From Octopus vulgaris (lineage: Eukaryota), in assembly GCA_951406725.2 (NCBI GenBank), contig OX597837.1:15562001-15626000 (forward strand): a DNA stretch of 64,000 nucleotides, in the 5' to 3' direction. Below the pieces are notes generated by a model. The model was not told the origin of the DNA and searched no databases. It worked only from the letters and a program-made list of their open reading frames with translations. The stretch's first letter is position 1. Each line of letters opens with the position of its first letter. Both the position numbers and the translations under genes were made by a program. Positions 58,301 through 64,000 of the stretch are shown here, one piece after another.

Positions 58301-61300
58301 CAAAAGACACGTCAGGAAACAATGTCCCTTTCACATTGTCCCTTCCGTTTCAGCCAGTCCAGTGTCTGACCTCTACAGTAGTCCCTTCAACTAATCACTC
58401 TTTTGTTTTGTTAACTCCTTCAAAAATACGACCCCCTTCTGCTGACAGTAATTGTGAACAGCCTGTTCCAAAAGGTGGCAATGAAATTATCAACACCCCA
58501 TCTGTAGCTCCAGCCCCTAATTCCTTTCCCTCAAATGTTCATGTTGTGAGGCTGCAACCTAACAACACCCTGCAACCTTCATCACTAAATGCTTTCTCCT
58601 TAAAGAATGTGCCTTCCAGTGGAGCTCCTAATTACTCCAATGTGAACGTTGCTGTCACAACGGCTGTTGTTCCGTCTCAAGTAACAACTGCAATTTTCAA
58701 CCCCCTCCAATCCCAACCTTGTGTCACTAATATGATGGCCTCTCAACCGATTGCATCATTTATTCCTGTTACTAATTGCATTCTGCAATCCAACCAAACG
58801 AGAACTCGCAGAGTTTCAAAACCAGACAGCATCAAAAAGAGGAAAGTCGACAACCAACAGACGCATCTTCTGCAACGCAAAAGAAACTTCAACCAATTGC
58901 TATGATGAAGCCAGCCGCAAGTTTGATGCCATCCAAAGTCGTGACGTTGAGTTTACCAATCGTCTCTGAAGAAACCATTGGTAAGTTCCATATTTCTCTC
59001 AAGTTTTCAAATAGATTCAGGAAGAATCTATAGGCATAGGAGTGGCTGTGTGGTAAGTAGCTTGCTTACAAGCCACATGGTTCCGGGTTCAGACCTTGGG
59101 CAAGTGTCTTCTACTATAGCCTCAGGCCAACCAAAGCCTTGTGAGTGGATTTGGTAGACGGAAACTGAAAGAAGCCCGTTGTATATATGTGTGTGTGTAT
59201 ATATATATATATAATTTAGAAATAGGATAAAATCTTTATAAGAATTTATTAAGTAGTTAGTGTGAAAAACCTCATAAGAGAAAAAAACAATTTTTTCTTT
59301 TAAATTTATTTATTTATATTATATAGAGGGCACTATTACACATAGATGTCTCATACTAGGAGGGACATATATATATGTATGTGTGTTTGTGTATCTGTGT
59401 TTTTTCTCCAACATTGCTTGACAACCGATGCTGGTGTGTTTACGTCCCCGTAACTTAGCAGTTCGGCAAAAAAGACCAATAGAATAAGTACTAGGCTTAC
59501 AAAGGATAAGTCCTGGGGTCGATTTGCTCGACTAAAGGCGGTGCTCCAGCATGGCCACAGTCAAATAACTGAAACAAGTAAAAGAGTAATCATACAGACT
59601 CCTAGAGCTTAAAAGAACATAATGCCTTGCCCAGTCCAGGAATTGAAACCATGGTCTTATGATCATGGTTCCAACACTCTAACCACCAAGCCATCTGCCT
59701 CCACAAATTTTCTTTCTGATGTTTGAATGTTTTCAGTGTCAAGTCAGCATTTGGTTGCTTCCCAACCAAATGGTTTTGGGTTCAGTCCCATTGGATGACA
59801 CCTTTGACAAGTGTCTTCTATGGCCTTAGGCTGATCAATGCCACTATCTACTTGGAAACTATGTGGAAGCTTGTCATGTGTGTATGTATGTATGTGTGAG
59901 TGTTTGTGTCTGTTCCTCTTGGCCTCACATGGTTGTTGTAGATGAATGTTATTCCTTTCTACTCTTCTGTGAGAACATGTCTTGCCATGAGGAAATATTA
60001 CCTTGTTTGGAGACAGGTGAGGGTTGGCAACAGGAAGGGCACCCAGCTGTAGAAGATCTTCCTTAATAAACTCCATCCAACCCATGCCGGCATGACAAAG
60101 TAGATGTTAAAGCAATGGTTGCCTTCCTTCATGATTTTGTATAAGAATTTCTTGTTAAGTATGTTCCAAATGGTAATATATGACAGGTGTGGCTGTGTGG
60201 TAAGAACCTAGCTCCCCAACTACCCAGTCTCAAGTTCAGTCCCACTGTATGACACCTTGAGTAAGCGTCTTCTACTACAGCCTCGAGCTGACCAAAGCCT
60301 TGTGATGGAAACTAAAAGAAGCCTCTGTGTGTCTGTGTTTGTTCCCCACTACTAATTAGTGTTGGTGTGTTTATGTTGCCATAACTTAGTGGTTCAGCAA
60401 AAGAGACTGATTGAATAATTACCAGGCTTAAAAAAAATTAAAGTAAAAAATTGGAGTTGATTCACTCAACTAAAATTTCTGCAAGGTGGTGCCATGGTGC
60501 CCCAGCATGGCCGCATTCTAATGATTGAAACAAGTAAAAGGATAAAAGATAATATGCAAATTAGTGGCCCCAGTTCTCTGGATCTATTAGATTTGTGCTG
60601 CTCGTTTCTCTGGGATTGGTCAGAAACACCTGCTGACAGGTAAATTTTCCCCGTTTGTTTGTCTTCTCTTCTTTATAGAATAACATTTTGTCTTTTCTTT
60701 GGTTTTCAGTTTCCCATCAAAAGGAAGACAAGAATATTGTTCTGGTCAGATCTTCTGATGATTCTTTAACAATTGAAATGAAACCCAATTCAAATAACAT
60801 TATCTTGAAGATGAAAAACCAACAGACAAATAAAATATCAAGTTTCTTGATGGATGCCAAAAATGTTCGTTTGCAGCTTAGTAATTTTATTGGTACACCA
60901 CTTCTAACCGATTACATTCTGAATTGTATGTCTAAAATAGAGTCTGCTTCAATTCACAACTGTGACAAGGAACCGTTGCCAAAAAGACCGAAACCTCTAA
61001 CTTTGGCTTCAGCTTCTAACTCGAATCCGAAATTTTCAGAATTGAGAACTTGTGGTATTTCTTCTACAGCGGGTCATAGTTTTGATTCTGTTGATGGAAG
61101 CAAAATTGTTTCAAAAGTTGGTCTTGATGCTACTGTTCATAATAATAAAAACAGTGTCAGAGATGAGGAGAGAGAATCTACCTCTGTTGATGGTAACAAA
61201 AGTACTTTTATAACATTGGGCCAAGGCAACTGTAAAATGACTTCACATATTTATCCCAGTCAGGGGTTGATTAACAATGCCAAAACCAAATATCTTTCAA

Positions 61301-62919
61301 AGACAATTTTAACAGGGTCAAGAATAGGACAGTTCACCAATACTTCTGGTCAGATGTCTGGACTTGTAGGACAACCTTTAAGAAAGACATTTAGAGGGAC
61401 CCAGCCAAAGACTGTTCTGGGAGGTGATGTACCCACATCAGAACCCACTGACAAAACTGTCAAGCAAAGGACCAATGCTGCAAATGTTGATGTTAACCCC
61501 GAGACAGGGGATCATTTTATCGAAGAAGACGAACAGGTGGCTATAGACATTCTCTCGACTCTACGCTACAATTGTAGCAAGCCCTATGAAAGTTCATTGG
61601 TGGCATCCTCATTGTCAGCAAATTCTGCTGATATGAACATCACACAACAACAACAACAACAACACCAAACATCAAACATTAGAACCAAAACAACCATCAC
61701 CACATCTTCTAAATGCGCCAGTCCACCATTAAATCTCAGCGACACTGTAGGCTACGTGCACCCACCCGTGCGTTTTACTAGTCCACTGCATCCATTTGCT
61801 CTTTTGCCCACATCACCACTGACCACTCCTAACAAACAGACTTTTGCTACCACCACCACTACTACTACTACTACCAGTATCACCACTGCCACCGTCACCA
61901 CCACCACCGCCACCACAATCACCACCCCCACAACCTCATCCTCAACAGATAAACACATCCTCAGTCATAGAGATGCGCAAAGGCAAAGTGTGAAGAAAAG
62001 TGTCAGAAAGAAAAATAATAATAATAAAAACAATGAAAATGTAAAGAAAAAGAAAGGAATAAAAAGGAAACTTTATGTTGATGATGATGATGATGATGAT
62101 AAGGAGAAGGAAAAGGAGAAGAACAGGAAGGAGGGTGTAGAATCAGAGATTTCATTAAATAAGGTAAGGAACAGTTTTATTGGTTTCAGTGAGAAGGCTG
62201 AGGCCATACTGGAGCACTACCTTCATGGGGTTAGGGGTTGGGGTGGTGGTTGAATGCAATAAAACTTGTTTTTTTAATTTAATTTAATTTTTTAAAAGTT
62301 TCCATCCATCAAATCCACTGACAAGGCTCTGGTCGTCCTGAGATTCCATGCAGTGGGACTGAACCTGCAACCACAAGCTTGAAAATCAAACCTTTCACAC
62401 ATGGCTTGGACAGTTTGACCGAGGACTGGCGAGCCAGATGGCTGCACCAGTCCTCAGTCAAACCGTCCAACCCATGCCAGCATGGAAAGCAGACGTTCAA
62501 TGATGATGATGGGTGGTAGATGCAGTTTGAAATGTTTGCTTCTGAAACTCATGGTTGCAGGTTCAGTCCCACTGCATGGAACCTCAGGTAAATGTCTTTT
62601 AATTTCACCCTCAGGACGACCAGAGCCTTTTCAGTGGATTTGAAAGACGGAAACTTAAAAAAACCCGGTCATTGGCACAGGAGTGGCTGTGTGGTAAGAA
62701 GCTTGCTTCCCAACTGCATGGTTCCAGGTTCAGTCCCACTGCATGGCACCTTGGGTCTTCTACTATGTTTGTCCCCTACCATTACTCGACAACTGATGTT
62801 TGTGTGTTTATGTTCCTGTAACTTAGCAGTTCAGCAAAAGAGACCAATAAACTAAGTCCTAGGGTCGATTAGTTCGACTAAAGGTGATGATGACTGAAAC
62901 AAGGGAAAGAGCAAAAGAT

Positions 62920-62980
<61 letters not shown>

Positions 62981-63179
62981 ACTATGAATAATTGCATGTA
63001 AATATTGTGTTGAAAAAAATCTTTAAAATTTAAATTTTATATATTTTGTATATTATATTAATTAATTTTATTTCTGTTTTGGTTTATGTTTTTCACTGTT
63101 TGATTTGCCTAAAAGTGGTTTTATCTCTAATTTAATATATATGTACACATATATGTTTATATATATATGCACTTATGTT

Positions 63180-63211
<32 letters not shown>

Positions 63212-63380
63212 CATGTTTATACACACGTTTATATATATACACATATATGTTTATATATATATATACACACACGTATATATATATATATACACACGTATAT
63301 ATATATATATATACACACACATGTATGTTTATATATATATATATACACATGTATGTTTATATATATATATATACATGTAT

Positions 63381-63411
<31 letters not shown>

Positions 63412-63598
63412 GATATACACGTATGTTTATATATATATATATATACACATGTATGTTTATATATATATATACACATGTATGTTTATATATACACATGTTT
63501 ATATATATATGCACATATGTTTATGTATCTATATACGCACACATATATGTATATATATATAATATACACACACACATGTTTATATATATACACATATT

Positions 63599-63630
<32 letters not shown>

Positions 63631-63788
63631 TATAATTAATTCCCAATTTCCTCCTTTCTTTCCAGTTGGACAAATCGGAGATCGACCATTTCCTCGACCA
63701 CCTCCATGCGGATTCTCTGGACAGTGTCCCACCAAAATCCATTTCTTCTGCCGCTGCCTCTGACGATGATAATGATGCTTTGAAATAA
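42929..63788 (+). CDS. NPAT: NPAT / Multi sex combs-like histone locus body scaffold; 12 coding exons, about 1830 aa, one frameshift in exon 10
   Basis: Exons 42929-42980, 45450-45620, 46723-46994, 47718-47964, 50244-51282, 51401-51509, 52877-53056, 55156-55255, 56263-56427, 57392-58980, 60710-62163, 63666-63788, all GT-AG. N-terminal LisH-type [13 protein letters not shown]; LAANINKKL; [13 protein letters not shown]...LDDLIKLF; many TPxK CDK sites; basic cluster; C-terminal [10 protein letters not shown] (compare human DVDKFLLSLH). Confidence 0.9.
43997..45213 (+). mobile_element. Tc1-like DNA transposon with degenerate transposase
   Basis: About 130-bp TIRs (CACTGCGCCCCACATTATTAGGCAAAT... 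/ ...ATTTGCCTAATAATGTGGGATGCAGTG|TA); [20 protein letters not shown] and FMQDHAPSH remnants with stops. Confidence 0.88.
45450..45620 (+). CDS. NPAT: NPAT coding exon 2
   Basis: [24 protein letters not shown]...[12 protein letters not shown]; absent from the ORF track. Confidence 0.9.
46723..46994 (+). CDS. NPAT: NPAT coding exon 3
   Basis: [17 protein letters not shown]; donor AAG|gtaact is phase-compatible with exon 4. Confidence 0.8.
47718..47964 (+). CDS. NPAT: NPAT coding exon 4
   Basis: tttacag|SDNHEN...SST G|gtaata. Confidence 0.8.
50244..51282 (+). CDS. NPAT: NPAT coding exon 5 (poly-P/S/T, CDK sites)
   Basis: Long polypyrimidine acceptor; TPTK, TPVK, TPVR, TPSK; donor CG|gtatgt. 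Confidence 0.85.
51401..51509 (+). CDS. NPAT: NPAT coding exon 6
   Basis: [11 protein letters not shown]...SIP|gtaagt. Confidence 0.85.
52877..53056 (+). CDS. NPAT: NPAT coding exon 7
   Basis: [24 protein letters not shown]...LLT|gtgagt. Confidence 0.9.
53130..53760 (+). mobile_element. RTE-like LINE 3' end with UTR and (GAT)n-type tail
   Basis: [13 protein letters not shown]...DHDLWRHAV translation followed by the common AGGGCATCCAGCTGTAGAAAC...CCATGCCAGCATGGAA...GATGATG tail. Confidence 0.75.
53879..54049. mobile_element. piggyBac-like MITE
   Basis: TTAA|CCCCTTACCC ... GGGTAAGGGG|TTAA. Confidence 0.75.
54222..54267 (-). ncRNA. Minimal type I hammerhead ribozyme motif
   Basis: GACAC CUGAUGA a GGCUG-loop-UAGCU GAAAC GUU GUGUU. 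Confidence 0.6.
54450..54495 (+). ncRNA. Minimal type I hammerhead ribozyme motif, sense to NPAT
   Basis: GACAC CUGAUGA a GGUUG-loop-UAGCU GAAAC GUC GUGUU; stem II weakened by G-U pairs. Confidence 0.6.
54665..54801. repeat. Palindromic fold-back element
   Basis: TTTCCATAGAAATTATAACCAG...TTTCATATCC aagac GGATATGAAA...CTGGTTGTAATTTCTATGGGAA. Confidence 0.75.
55156..55255 (+). CDS. NPAT: NPAT coding exon 8
   Basis: [33 protein letters not shown]; absent from the ORF track. Confidence 0.88.
55278..55496 (+). mobile_element. tRNA-derived Nin/Deu-like SINE
   Basis: Near full-length copy of the family at 26889. Confidence 0.8.
56263..56427 (+). CDS. NPAT: NPAT coding exon 9
   Basis: ttttcccag|..SDEGISDD...NEEN C|gtaaga; phase 1-1. 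Confidence 0.8.
57105..57335 (+). mobile_element. tRNA-derived Nin/Deu-like SINE with TSD
   Basis: Full-length copy; AATATATAATCCAAAAT is repeated on both sides. Confidence 0.85.
57392..58980 (+). CDS. NPAT: NPAT coding exon 10 (frameshift near the 3' end)
   Basis: Open to TGA at 58903-58905; the -1 frame continues to the strong donor G|GTAAGT at 58981, in phase with exon 11. Confidence 0.8.
57778..57976 (+). repeat. Coding 21-bp minisatellite (VSS[T/A]A[V/A]G), about 9 copies
   Basis: GTGTCTTCTACTGCAGTGGGT tandem units within NPAT exon 10. Confidence 0.92.
59033..59590 (+). mobile_element. Full-length tRNA-derived SINE, second family, with internal microsatellite
   Basis: GGAGTGGCTGTGTGGTAAG head, TTGGGCAAGTGTCTTCTACTATAGCC core, CCAGCATGGCC.CAGTC...CTGAAACAAGTAAAAGA tail; many other copies (e.g. 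60183-60550, 52155-52500 on minus). Confidence 0.8.
60710..62163 (+). CDS. NPAT: NPAT coding exon 11
   Basis: Long ORF with poly-T/Q tracts, KKKKGIKRK basic cluster; donor AAG|GTAAGG. Confidence 0.85.
63133..63633. repeat. TA/CA-rich compound microsatellite
   Basis: Direct reading; source of many spurious Y/I-rich ORFs. Confidence 0.9.
63666..63788 (+). CDS. NPAT: NPAT terminal coding exon
   Basis: ttccag|[17 protein letters not shown]...DALK*; absent from the ORF track. Confidence 0.88.
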   Translation: MDKSEIDHFLDHLHADSLDSVPPKSISSAAASDDDNDALK

Positions 63789-64000
63789 AAGAAAATATTT
63801 TTGTTATCAAAGTTGGGCTTCAATGAAATGTTGTATTTATTGAGAATCGTTTATTTAAAATTTCCCTGTTGTTGTTGTTGTTGTTCCCCAAAAAGCTTTC
63901 CAGCCTTGGCCATCCTCTATGTCTTTTTTTTATTTCTCATGTTTCTTCCTTCATTTTCTTCTGTGTCTTTTTTCCCTTTTTTTTTATTTAAGCTGATAGG

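Noticed and set aside
58903-58926. A-to-I recoding of the NPAT premature stop
   Set aside because: Several further in-frame stops follow (TGA TGA ... TGA); a frame change is needed.
63105-63823. Y/I/H-rich ORFs
   Set aside because: Translations of TA/CA microsatellite; the real exon is 63666-63788 on +.

Overview
Eukaryotic, AT-rich DNA dense in microsatellites and SINEs. The repeat families, 5S sequence and gene content suggest a coleoid cephalopod, probably Octopus (inferred, not searched). There are four protein-coding loci: (1) a six-finger C2H2 zinc-finger gene (+, 13352-14479); (2) an intronless ORF with an eIF4G-type PABP-binding motif (+, 23377-25044), preceded by a 33-aa ORF with a canonical eIF4E-binding motif; (3) a 7-coding-exon METTL25-like gene (-, 38768-31989); and (4) a divergently oriented 12-coding-exon NPAT/Mxc-like gene (+, 42929-63788) with one frameshift. 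Between these lie tRNA-derived SINEs, RTE and R4-like LINE remnants, Tc1/mariner, hAT and piggyBac-like elements, and a 5S rRNA pseudogene split by a LINE tail. The best leads are the 'split eIF4G' pair, two families of hammerhead-ribozyme motifs in fold-back arrangements (one joined to a tRNA-like Pol III head), five zinc fingers with near-identical recognition helices, a decayed Thr-rich alternative tail of METTL25, and paired H2B-box/CCAAT elements next to a candidate structured RNA. All calls were made by eye; no database searches or folding programs were run.
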